Shown here: piece after piece, positions 24,541-33,380 of the stretch | How the letters are laid out: every line of letters begins with the position of its first letter | Position numbering within the stretch: the first letter of the stretch is position 1 | Source: an uncultured Candidatus Saccharibacteria bacterium | GTDB lineage: Bacteria > Patescibacteriota > Minisyncoccia > Phycocordibacterales > PALSA-1337 | Length of the DNA: 50,208 bases | Assembly (NCBI GenBank): GCA_964365535.1 | Contig: CAYIQG010000001.1 | Span: 1 to 50,208 of the forward strand | Direction: 5' to 3' | Notes under the pieces: model-generated | Database searches by the model: none | Seen by the model: only the letters and a program-made list of their open reading frames with translations | What the model was told of the DNA's origin: nothing | Program-made: the position numbers and the translations under genes

Positions 24541-25284
24541 ATGTACAACACTTTTATTTTCCTGCCTTTATATAATGGACTAGTTGGCATAATGGACATT
24601 TTACCATGGGTTGATGTTGGTTTGGCGGTAGTTATATTTACGATTATTGTTAAATTGGCGCTATTTCATCTCTCGAAGGCTTCTATTTTGACGCAGATTA
24701 AGATGAAAGAGGTTGAACCGGAAGCGAATAAAATAAAAGCGCAATACGCGAATGATAAACAAGCGCAAGCCTTGAAGGTTATGGAGCTTTATAAGACCAG
24801 GAATGTTAAGCCGTTTGCCGGTGTTTTACTTCTCTTTATTCAATTACCTATTTTATTGGCGCTTCTTTCTGTTTTTTATAAGATTATACCCACAATCAAT
24901 CCGGAATATCTTTATTCTTTTATTTCTGTTCCTATTGTAAAAACCCAATTTCTTGGACTTATCGATTTGACCAAACCGAGTTTTATTTTGGCTATATTTA
25001 CCGCGATTGCTCAATTTGTGCAACTTCACTATTCCCCAGCCATGAAACAGGCGAAGGTTGTGGCTGTGAATAATAAAATAGGTATTTCCCCATTGGATTT
25101 CGCGGCATCTATGAATAAACAAATGAAATATATGTTACCTATTTTGGCTTTTGCTTCCACATACTGGCTTATTCCCCTGCAATTTCCGCAGGCGGCCTCT
25201 ATTATCGCTCTCTATTGGTCGGTGAGCGCCCTATTCACTCTTGGTCAGGAATTGATAATACGCAAACGGTATTATTCTAAATAG
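24541..25284 (+). CDS. yidC: YidC/Oxa1-family membrane protein insertase (short type)
   Basis: Polytopic, with MKEVEPEANKIKAQYANDKQAQALKVMELYKTRNVKPFAG and LFIQLPILLAL, typical of short YidC proteins. Confidence 0.85.
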   Translation: MYNTFIFLPLYNGLVGIMDILPWVDVGLAVVIFTIIVKLALFHLSKASILTQIKMKEVEPEANKIKAQYANDKQAQALKVMELYKTRNVKPFAGVLLLFIQLPILLALLSVFYKIIPTINPEYLYSFISVPIVKTQFLGLIDLTKPSFILAIFTAIAQFVQLHYSPAMKQAKVVAVNNKIGISPLDFAASMNKQMKYMLPILAFASTYWLIPLQFPQAASIIALYWSVSALFTLGQELIIRKRYYSK

Positions 25285-26602
25285 ACGACACCAAATCAAG
25301 TGACCATAAGGAGAGGTCGTTTTTGTTCATGAAGAATAGGAAATCGTCATTGTTATCGAGTTGCAAATTGAATGTGTCTATCAGGGCATTGCCTTGATTC
25401 AGAAGGTCAGCCACCTGATGTACTTCGCCGGTATTCCCGTTCAAGAGCCAAATATTATCAATGAATGAAGCTTTGCCGAGATACCAATTATCAGGATATG
25501 TGCCACTTGGTATCTGTGAGGAAACGCCGCAATAGACTTGTTCTTTGAATTTGGAACTCCAAACGCATTTGTTCGCAAGCGTTCGAAATATGATATCAAT
25601 TGATTTTTGGCTTTTAATATCATATACGGTAGTTTCAATCTTATCGCTTGTGGAAATTGAGTCTGAATATATTACTTTCGTCGCATCCCTACTCACTTTC
25701 GTCGTAAGTCCCGGAATATTTCCCAGAATCTCGCTTATTGCGCCGGTTTTGACATTTATAAAATACAAATAACCGGAATAGTTGGCACTGGCTTTCGTGG
25801 TAATGGCGATTGTATTTTCTTCCGGCCATTCCGTGGTTAGCTGGGTGAATGGCAAATCAAATAATTGGACTTGCTTGGTGCCGTCAAAATTGGAAATATA
25901 GCCGATGGCGCGGTTATTTTCATTGCTTATAACTAGAATCTTATCTCTTTTTGGCGAAGAAGCTACCGCGATAATGTTTCCGGAGATTATCTTACCTTTC
26001 AATTCATAATCAGTTTCGGTTATTTGTGTGGTTAGGTTGGCTTGTACTGTTGTTTGTGTTGTCGTGCTTGATTTCGCGGCGGTTGTCGTCGCTACAACAG
26101 CGCGCTTCAATATATTAGTTATGACTGTTGTAATCCTATCTCCTCTATCGCTTAAATACTGGCCTATGAATGATGTATCGTTCTTGTTCCACCAACTATT
26201 ATATACTCGCGGTAATAATGTATTGGAAATCGTTGTAATATCGAGCGAATCTCCGCGCGCCTCATAAATATTTCCCCTACCCCTATCTATCCATCTAACG
26301 ACCGTGGTGCTAGCGGTCGTGCTTGCTCCATATCCACCTACAGGTGTTGAGCTCAAAAGGCGCAAGGCTGGTAATGGTACGATTTTGGGTATATTTATTG
26401 TAGTGGTCGCATTCCCCTGCCCCGTAATTGTTTTTGTAGTAGTTGAAACCGGCCGATTGAGCGGTACGAAACCAGTTGTTGGCGCTTGATTTGGTATATT
26501 CGGAGCTGTTGTTGGAACACGCAAGAACATATACCAATAAACACCGCCGGCGATGATGAGGATGATTACCATAACTATTACAATGTCAATAATTTTTTTC
26601 AC
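25277..26602 (-). CDS. Membrane-anchored extracytoplasmic protein with Thr-rich linkers (T4SS-like locus gene 11)
   Basis: GTG start overlaps the upstream stop by 1 nt. N-terminal TM IIDIVIVMVIILIIAGGVYWYMF, then a beta-rich body. No family recognised. Confidence 0.65.
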   Translation of the reverse strand: MKKIIDIVIVMVIILIIAGGVYWYMFLRVPTTAPNIPNQAPTTGFVPLNRPVSTTTKTITGQGNATTTINIPKIVPLPALRLLSSTPVGGYGASTTASTTVVRWIDRGRGNIYEARGDSLDITTISNTLLPRVYNSWWNKNDTSFIGQYLSDRGDRITTVITNILKRAVVATTTAAKSSTTTQTTVQANLTTQITETDYELKGKIISGNIIAVASSPKRDKILVISNENNRAIGYISNFDGTKQVQLFDLPFTQLTTEWPEENTIAITTKASANYSGYLYFINVKTGAISEILGNIPGLTTKVSRDATKVIYSDSISTSDKIETTVYDIKSQKSIDIIFRTLANKCVWSSKFKEQVYCGVSSQIPSGTYPDNWYLGKASFIDNIWLLNGNTGEVHQVADLLNQGNALIDTFNLQLDNNDDFLFFMNKNDLSLWSLDLVSSI

Positions 26603-27891
26603 TAAGGTTTAGTGTGAAATTTAGTGTTCTTTATATCTTGTTCTGCGATTTTCTTTTTTTCTTGTAATTGTTTTAGAAGTTCCGGATCGTAATTTGGCGT
26701 TGCGGTGTAATCATTAACTATTTTATTTATAGCTTTATATGAATCTTCTTGAGCTTTAGATAAGGCTTCCTGTTCTGTCATTAATGTTCCGTCGATCCTT
26801 TTGTATGTAGTTCCTCCCAATAAATTAACATTAAAATCAAGCAAATCTTGCTCACTTGCTTGATATACCAATGCTTGTTGCTTAGTAATTTCGATCACTG
26901 CTTTGGAGTAAAGGATATAGTTCGCTGATTGATTTCTTTGCTCCTCATTATTAAATAATTCAGGATTGTTTAGATAATACATTCTGGTAGTTTTTCCGAA
27001 ACTTTCCAATAAATTGTCACAATATTCAGGCCTTCCCGTTGGTTGGCATTTGCGAACTAATGAATCTGAAACACCCTTAATAGTTTGAAAACCGATATCC
27101 CCTGTAACTTTGTCCCTCGCGGCAATTTTTTGTGCTCTCTGGGCACACAGGTCGTACATTTCAGGATCATCAGCCCATTTTAACACATCTTTGCATATAT
27201 CATCTAAACTCAAGATTGAGTCAAATACACCTACACTAGGGTATTTACTCATAATCTCATCCTCGATGTCTTGTATATCTTCGTCGAAACCGGCAATCAG
27301 TTCCTGATCCCAAATAATATTTGATTTTGCGCTTGCTATATCAGCATCAAACTGCGCCGCTTCCTTATTCAACTGGTCAAATAAAGCTGTTGGCGACTGC
27401 TTCATCTTATTTATCTTATCTTGTACATCTTTTGGTATTGTGATACTCGCGGGAATCGCCACCAATTTCGGATTGACGGTTTTTAAGATAAGAAAAGCCG
27501 CGAGGACCATTAATAGTCCGTATATAGCATTCTTGAATTTTTCCAAGCCGGCCTTACTCTGTTGCCAAGAATCCGTGGTCATATATAAAAATCCACCATA
27601 AACCATCATGAATACCGCCGCCACGGCGGAAAGGGCTATAAGGAGATTGAAGGCGTAACTGAAGAAACTGCCAAGATCGATATTTTTCACTTGCCCATTA
27701 TCACAGACTTGATTGGACCCTGGAGTAGGAATACACGGTAATGGCTCAAGTAAAGTGTATGTTTTTCCTGCATTTCCCTGCGCTTGGGTGTGAGGAATCG
27801 CGCCGGAAATACTTAAAAGAGAAAATAGCAAAATAACAAATACCAAGATGACCAATACTTGTCTATTTTTTTGTTGGATTTTATATGCCAT
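26602..27891 (-). CDS. T4SS-pilin-like membrane protein with long coiled C-terminal extension (locus gene 10)
   Basis: Signal peptide, then YTLLEPLPCIP...C... followed by two hydrophobic helices (FNLLIALSAVAAVFMMVYGGFLYM and IYGLLMVLAAFLILKTV). This resembles the T4SS_pilin/VirB2-TrbC-like arrangement. Confidence 0.5.
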   Translation of the reverse strand: MAYKIQQKNRQVLVILVFVILLFSLLSISGAIPHTQAQGNAGKTYTLLEPLPCIPTPGSNQVCDNGQVKNIDLGSFFSYAFNLLIALSAVAAVFMMVYGGFLYMTTDSWQQSKAGLEKFKNAIYGLLMVLAAFLILKTVNPKLVAIPASITIPKDVQDKINKMKQSPTALFDQLNKEAAQFDADIASAKSNIIWDQELIAGFDEDIQDIEDEIMSKYPSVGVFDSILSLDDICKDVLKWADDPEMYDLCAQRAQKIAARDKVTGDIGFQTIKGVSDSLVRKCQPTGRPEYCDNLLESFGKTTRMYYLNNPELFNNEEQRNQSANYILYSKAVIEITKQQALVYQASEQDLLDFNVNLLGGTTYKRIDGTLMTEQEALSKAQEDSYKAINKIVNDYTATPNYDPELLKQLQEKKKIAEQDIKNTKFHTKP

Positions 27892-28921
27892 TATAATTAT
27901 TTAACGAACTGGTAGCGGTTTTCGAACTATTCGCCGAGAATACTGCCGTAAAGCCGTTCTGCGCGCCTTGTAAAATCTCATTGGTATTTCTGATTTGCAA
28001 TTGAATATTAGAAGAACCAGCGGTACCTTCCGGAGCGCGCAGAACAATAGATTGACTGGCTAATAAAGCCATTTGTTCAATGGAGTTTACGAGCCACGAG
28101 AAAGAAAGGTCACCGACGCTATCCGAAGGCTTATTGAAACCATAAGGAACAGCTAATACTGACAGTTCCCTACTTTTACCAAGACTAACGCCGTTGCCAA
28201 TAGCTTTATTATACATTGGTCCGTATAGCGGGTCGTTATTGTAGAATGAAATATAAGGGCTTTGCGCTTGTAAGAGAATGACTTTCTCGGCTTGAGCGCT
28301 GCCATCTCGAGTGGTCGCGCGAACATTGAGCACTCTTTGTCGTGGAATAATATCATCTTGCCATGAGAAAACTTGCTTACCATAGCCGCCTTGGTCCTGG
28401 ACAACCTTGGAATCTTTTGTCCATTGATATATCAGGGTTTGCGGAGCATATTCTTTTCCGGAAGAATCGGCGATATGAGGTATAGCAATCACTCGATAAA
28501 TATTTTGATATGAAAGAGGTATTTTCCCCAAGAAAAATGGTGGAACATACCCTTCATTCTCCACGATAATATCAATATTACCGGAACCGATATCTATGCT
28601 TGATTTGAGCTCTCTTCCATTAGGAATGCCGGCGATTATTTCCACATTCAATTTCTTGCCAAGAGCGGGAGCTTGCACTTGAATAGAGGTAATACCCGCG
28701 CCTTTTTGATATAGAGAACCATTCAATGTCCAGATAATATTGGCTGAATTCAAATCAACGCTATAGCTTTCGGCGGTGACGATTATTTGTTGTCCTGGAA
28801 CTGGATTTTCAGTGGAGAGCCTCAAATCTATTTCTTTCAGAGCGGAAGACGGCATGCCTTGGGCATTAGCCATAAATGTAAAAATTAAAAAGCAAAATGT
28901 AAAAGTTACGAAAGCTTTCAT
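27881..28921 (-). CDS. Secreted beta-rich protein (locus gene 9)
   Basis: The ATG at 28921 gives the signal peptide MKAFVTFTFCFLIFTFMANAQG. It overlaps the downstream gene by 11 nt. No family recognised. Confidence 0.65.
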   Translation of the reverse strand: MKAFVTFTFCFLIFTFMANAQGMPSSALKEIDLRLSTENPVPGQQIIVTAESYSVDLNSANIIWTLNGSLYQKGAGITSIQVQAPALGKKLNVEIIAGIPNGRELKSSIDIGSGNIDIIVENEGYVPPFFLGKIPLSYQNIYRVIAIPHIADSSGKEYAPQTLIYQWTKDSKVVQDQGGYGKQVFSWQDDIIPRQRVLNVRATTRDGSAQAEKVILLQAQSPYISFYNNDPLYGPMYNKAIGNGVSLGKSRELSVLAVPYGFNKPSDSVGDLSFSWLVNSIEQMALLASQSIVLRAPEGTAGSSNIQLQIRNTNEILQGAQNGFTAVFSANSSKTATSSLNNYNGI

Positions 28922-29208
28922 TGATGCTATTTTATCAATTTTGTGGAAAACTTGCGAGGGGATATTAACTCTGTATAATGTGGGCATGATAATAAGTATA
29001 CGACCAATGATTAGGGGGTGGTTCTTGAAACCCCAAGCGATTTCTGGAATTATGCAAAGTATCGGAGAAATCTTCCTCGGTTCACTTTTTGTTGGACCGA
29101 TCTTCTCCCATAACTTTGAAGTGGAGTCGACGATTTTAGGTTTCTTTGCAATAATATTATCATGGTCTGCTTGTATATTATTAGCAAAGGAGTAATAATA
29201 ACATTATA

Positions 29209-29331
29209 ATGGGTAATAATATTTATAATGCAATAAACATGATTTATATTCTCGGAGCCTTGCTTACTATTGGTTTTATATTACTTGGCATTCTAGCCAA
29301 GGTGAGTGATAATAAAAAAGACAACAAATAA
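29209..29331 (+). CDS. Possible 40-aa single-TM peptide on the opposite strand inside the locus gap
   Basis: Hand translation gives MGNNIYNAINMIYILGALLTIGFILLGILAKVSDNKKDNK, with GGAG 16 nt upstream. It may be spurious. Confidence 0.25.
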   Translation: MGNNIYNAINMIYILGALLTIGFILLGILAKVSDNKKDNK

Positions 29332-29332
29332 A

Positions 29333-29779
29333 CTATTTATTTGATTGCAATCCCCCGCTAGGAGCGCGAACACCGCCTTGATTCAAAGGTATTTGTTGTT
29401 GGCGCGGTGGGTTCACGCCGTTTTGCACCAAGCTACTTCCGGTTTTTTTGCCTCCAATACCGGGAACTGAAATGCCGGTTTTATCTTCCGCGCGTACCAT
29501 GACTATTACCGCTATCATACCAGCTAGAATCAATGGGAATTCTTGAACAATAGGTATCATTTCGGCTACCATTGAAATCAATGATGTTGCCAATCTGCGA
29601 GCATTTAATAATCCACAGCCAACTTTCCAAAGATATATGCTGGCGCAAATCCAGAATATTGGTCCGACAATATCGCCGACAAAAGGTATTAAACTAAATA
29701 GGTCAGCTAAGGCGGCAAGCGCGACCCAAAATACTATTCCGGCAGTTCCTATTCGATATTTAGGCTTTATCTCTTCCAT
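29333..29779 (-). CDS. Small polytopic membrane protein with Gly/Pro/Gln-rich tail (locus gene 8)
   Basis: 3-4 hydrophobic helices (GIVFWVALAALADLFSLIPFVGDIVGPIFWICASIYLW...). It lies 6 nt downstream of the VirB4-like gene. Confidence 0.65.
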   Translation of the reverse strand: MEEIKPKYRIGTAGIVFWVALAALADLFSLIPFVGDIVGPIFWICASIYLWKVGCGLLNARRLATSLISMVAEMIPIVQEFPLILAGMIAVIVMVRAEDKTGISVPGIGGKKTGSSLVQNGVNPPRQQQIPLNQGGVRAPSGGLQSNK

Positions 29780-29785
29780 AAATAA

Positions 29786-31600
29786 CTATTGTCCCGCGTC
29801 CTCCAATTGTTTCTTTGCTTCCTTGATCGCCACAATCTGCTGGGGATTCGTGGTAATAATCTGGTCTTCAGTGTAAGAGCTGACGATTTTTATGGCGACA
29901 TGCTTCAAGCCGACGAAAAATATGCCTTCGCCGACATCAGATTCGAGTAGTAAATATTTTTCTTCATCCGTCAAATTGAAAGTCTTTTGAACATAATCAA
30001 TAACGCTCGGCGACTGTTTCAGCAGAATCTGTATAGAAGAGTTCGTTACAATCGGCATGCCGTATGGAGACTTCAAGAAATCATCAACATCCTGGGTAAT
30101 AGTCGCGAGCCCGAGGAAATATTTTCGTCCTCTTTTCGCCAAACTGAACAGGAACGAGGCCGTATCTTCGCTTTTCATCATCCACCACGCTTCATCAATA
30201 ACTAGAAGGCGCTTTCTCAAATTCTTACGGATAGCATTCCAAATATAGTGAGTGATGAGATACATTGCCACCGGTTTGAGCTCATCTTCCATATCGCGGA
30301 GTGAAAAGACGACAAACTTCTTATTGATGTCAATGTTTGAAGGGCGATTGATGAAGCCGGACCATGTGCCCTTCGTGTATTTCGACAATCTTTCCACCAG
30401 AGAGTCCGCGCCTTCCATTCCAGCCAAGACAAGTTCAAAATCGGATAAAAGCGGCGGTTCAACATTGGCGAAGTTCGATTCGGCGGTAATATCTTTCAGG
30501 GCGTAAGTTTCCGTTATGGCTCGATCAATGATGGCGTCTTCTTCTTGAGACAAACCGCCTAACATTATTCGGAATAATCCAACGAGATTTATGATATTGG
30601 AACGAAGAACATCGGTGGCGCTTTCATCCTCGTGCGCTATCGGCAAATCGAAAGGATTCACATGGTGTTCTGAATTCAATGAAATATTGAAATATTTTCC
30701 TCCTGTCGCCTCGGCCATATACTCATATTCTTTTTCCGGGTCAATAACTATGACTTCCGTGTCGAACATCAGAGTGCGCAATATTTCCAGCTTGGTGCAA
30801 TAAGATTTTCCGGAACCGGCGACGGCGAAAGTGACGGAATTGTAATTTTCTAGAAGGAAACGGTCGAATAGGACTAGCGAAGAATTGTGCCTATTTATGC
30901 CGTACAGTATCCCCTTATCAGAAGTTAAGTCGAATGAAACGAATGGAAATAGGCTGGAAAGCGGCGATGAATTGAGTTTCGAATGAACGGCCAATTGGTC
31001 ATCCGCTATAGGCAAAACGCTCTTGAATCCTTGTTCTTGCTGGAATAGAGCTGGTTTGACATAGACCAGTTTTGATTCGAGAATAGATTTCACTTCTGAT
31101 TCAAGTTTGTCTAGTTCGCCTTCCGAATCGGCAAATAATGTAATATAGACGCCTACATCGAATAGTCTTTCTTGGGCTTGCATGAGTTGGTCGCGAAGAT
31201 TTTCTAAATCTTGATAAGCGGTATCGAGAGCCGGGTCGCGCACCAGCCCTTTTTCTTCTCTGCGAGAAATTTGGCTTTGTACTTCGGCGACTTTCTTTTG
31301 GAAATGGCGCAATATTTTCGCGGTATCGACTGGATGTATGAAAATCGAGACATTGAATACTTTGTCGAGGTTTATTATCGGCGCGAACCAGCTTTCTTGC
31401 AGGAATCTTGGATATGAAATCACGAATAATGTGCGACCGACCTTCTCCCCCAAATTCAATTCTTTCGGACTTATTTTGAGCGCCGAGGGAGCGATAATAT
31501 CTTTCAATTCCAAAACGCCGGCCTGGTATATTTCCTCGGGCATGATGGAAACGATTGGCGAAGGTTCCTTTTTCTTGAATAAATTGCTGAATATGTTCAT
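29786..31600 (-). CDS. VirB4/TrbE/CagE-like type IV secretion ATPase
   Basis: Walker A FAVAGSGKSY, Walker B LLVIDEAWWMM, GLATITQDVDDF. The ATG at 31600 overlaps the upstream stop (ATGA). The upstream extension to 31699 looks non-coding. Confidence 0.85.
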   Translation of the reverse strand: MNIFSNLFKKKEPSPIVSIMPEEIYQAGVLELKDIIAPSALKISPKELNLGEKVGRTLFVISYPRFLQESWFAPIINLDKVFNVSIFIHPVDTAKILRHFQKKVAEVQSQISRREEKGLVRDPALDTAYQDLENLRDQLMQAQERLFDVGVYITLFADSEGELDKLESEVKSILESKLVYVKPALFQQEQGFKSVLPIADDQLAVHSKLNSSPLSSLFPFVSFDLTSDKGILYGINRHNSSLVLFDRFLLENYNSVTFAVAGSGKSYCTKLEILRTLMFDTEVIVIDPEKEYEYMAEATGGKYFNISLNSEHHVNPFDLPIAHEDESATDVLRSNIINLVGLFRIMLGGLSQEEDAIIDRAITETYALKDITAESNFANVEPPLLSDFELVLAGMEGADSLVERLSKYTKGTWSGFINRPSNIDINKKFVVFSLRDMEDELKPVAMYLITHYIWNAIRKNLRKRLLVIDEAWWMMKSEDTASFLFSLAKRGRKYFLGLATITQDVDDFLKSPYGMPIVTNSSIQILLKQSPSVIDYVQKTFNLTDEEKYLLLESDVGEGIFFVGLKHVAIKIVSSYTEDQIITTNPQQIVAIKEAKKQLEDAGQ

Positions 31601-32235
31601 GTTATTTGTATCGGTTTCTCTGTCTCCCCAGGATTGAACAGCTTGTAGAATAATTCTACCACCTCCTCGGTTCCCAATTCCGCCGTGCGGACGCCACAAC
31701 GCACGAGTCCCTGCTCGACTACCGAGACCCGCTGTTCGAGTTGAGTCCTATATTCCTGGAATTGTTCATCCAAGGTAGGCGCTGGCGCGGCTCCTTTTCG
31801 TTTCGACAGGAATTTCGATATTGGGTTGTGGCTGGCGGTCATCATTGGCGGGTCGTAAGGGATGACGACGAAGAAGCTTTTTGTCATTATGTTCGTATTT
31901 TCCACGAAAGTTTTGACAAATTCTATATATTCACGCACTTGAATTTTCATCAGCTCGGTTATTTGTTCTTTGTAACGGCCTTCCAATAGGGCAATATATG
32001 GTCTAATATCTAACTTTTTTGATTGAATTACTATTTGTATCGAAAAATCCAATGAATTCAGGAAGTTTTGGAATTGCATCATAATAGCATTTTGTTCATC
32101 GGAAGATTTCAGGGCGAAATTTAAAGATGATGCCAAGACTACTGACCTCATACCGCCATTGCGCAAGACTATCACTCCATCGCGGATTTCTTGCACGGGC
32201 ACGAATTCTTGAGTTGTTTGGGATTTTGTCGCCAT
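31597..32235 (-). CDS. Stand-alone protein resembling the N-terminal (non-ATPase) domain of Gram-positive VirB4 homologs
   Basis: QEFVPVQEIRDGVIVLRNGGMRSVVLASSLNFALKSSDEQNAIMMQFQNFLNSLDFSIQIVIQS matches my memory of VirB4 N-domain starts in Firmicutes conjugation systems. It is translationally coupled to the ATPase. Confidence 0.5.
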   Translation of the reverse strand: MATKSQTTQEFVPVQEIRDGVIVLRNGGMRSVVLASSLNFALKSSDEQNAIMMQFQNFLNSLDFSIQIVIQSKKLDIRPYIALLEGRYKEQITELMKIQVREYIEFVKTFVENTNIMTKSFFVVIPYDPPMMTASHNPISKFLSKRKGAAPAPTLDEQFQEYRTQLEQRVSVVEQGLVRCGVRTAELGTEEVVELFYKLFNPGETEKPIQIT

Positions 32236-32237
32236 TT

Positions 32238-32675
32238 TTATTTCTGGTTCTTGTTGGAATAAACACTCTCTTTAATATCCAAACTCCACGCCAAATCTTT
32301 GAGCTTGCTGTCGGAAATCTTCGGAACCATGAGCGAGGCGTAACTTTTCGCGTCTTTGATTGCTCCCTCTGCCGTTTGCGGTTTTATATTTTCTTTTTTC
32401 TGCCAAATGAAGAGCTTACTGCCTCTATAATAATTGAACGCTGATTCGGCGATATTGACTAATGGAAAGTGATTATAGACTTTATAGAAAGCCAAAGCCA
32501 CGGAAATTGCTATTATTATCAGTATTGGTATGAATGACCAAAAGAGACTGCCGAGCATGACATAGACGACAAATGATAATCCTCCCCCGCCGGCCAGATA
32601 TATGAATTGCTTTAAGGTAAGGGGTCCGAAAATTTTATCTTCGACTTCAATGAATTGAGGTACTTGGTATCGCAT
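32238..32675 (-). CDS. PrgI-family (VirB3-like) membrane protein
   Basis: MRYQVPQFIEVEDKIFGPLTLKQFIYLAGGG followed by two TM helices, the characteristic PrgI-family opening. Confidence 0.65.
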   Translation of the reverse strand: MRYQVPQFIEVEDKIFGPLTLKQFIYLAGGGGLSFVVYVMLGSLFWSFIPILIIIAISVALAFYKVYNHFPLVNIAESAFNYYRGSKLFIWQKKENIKPQTAEGAIKDAKSYASLMVPKISDSKLKDLAWSLDIKESVYSNKNQK

Positions 32676-32699
32676 TTGTAGTATTATACCGTATTTTTT

Positions 32700-33380
32700 C
32701 TAGAATGGCTCACGATACGGGTCTTTCTCATAACTTTTCTTTGGGATTGGGGGTGTCGGCGTGATAGGTGTGATTGGTTTTTCAGGTTGAGGCGGAACTT
32801 GTAGCTTTTGAATTACTGGCAGTGGAACAGTTTGTGTCTTTTCGATTTGAGTTGGTTTACTCGGACTAGTTTCTATTGGTAGATTGGGCGGTACTACCGG
32901 TGTTATTTTCTTTTCGGCTGTTGCCGGCGGACTTTCCAGTAAATTATCTGCTTGAATGTTTTCTACGCCTACCATTCCCAAGCCATTTCCATTCTTGCTA
33001 TTATCACCCTCTTTCAATATTCTGAAATCCCCAATGCGTTCGAGATCGGAGATTTCAGTTTTATTCTCTTGAGTATCTGATTGCATCTGTGATTTGATTG
33101 CATTAAATATTTCTTTATTAACTTCGGTAGCGATCTCGTCTGCCAATGATCGATTGATTTCTAGATACTTAATTATGTCATTAATAAAAGAAGAAGATTT
33201 CGCTTGACCTTTCAGTACCTCCCTAACTTGAGCATCAAGTTCACCGATTTGATCTATATGAAGACTAAACATTTCTCCAATCTTTTGGCATGAAGCAAAG
33301 ATTTTCGGGGAATCAGAAATATCTTTATAGATACCGAATGAATTCATTTGTGTATTATTCATTTGCATAATATTTACCAA
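32700..33380 (-). CDS. Hypothetical protein with Pro-rich C-terminal half (locus gene 4)
   Basis: Helical N-terminal half, then TPVVPPNLPIETSPSKPTQ...PPQPEKPITPITPTPPIPKK. It overlaps the upstream gene by 7 nt. Confidence 0.6.
   Translation of the reverse strand: MVNIMQMNNTQMNSFGIYKDISDSPKIFASCQKIGEMFSLHIDQIGELDAQVREVLKGQAKSSSFINDIIKYLEINRSLADEIATEVNKEIFNAIKSQMQSDTQENKTEISDLERIGDFRILKEGDNSKNGNGLGMVGVENIQADNLLESPPATAEKKITPVVPPNLPIETSPSKPTQIEKTQTVPLPVIQKLQVPPQPEKPITPITPTPPIPKKSYEKDPYREPF

Noticed and set aside
28776-29195. 139-aa + strand ORF overlapping the 5' end of the secreted-protein gene.
   Set aside because: Its first half is antisense to a gene with a good signal peptide. Only the part within the intergenic gap (from about 28986) could be real, and that is covered as a low-confidence observation.
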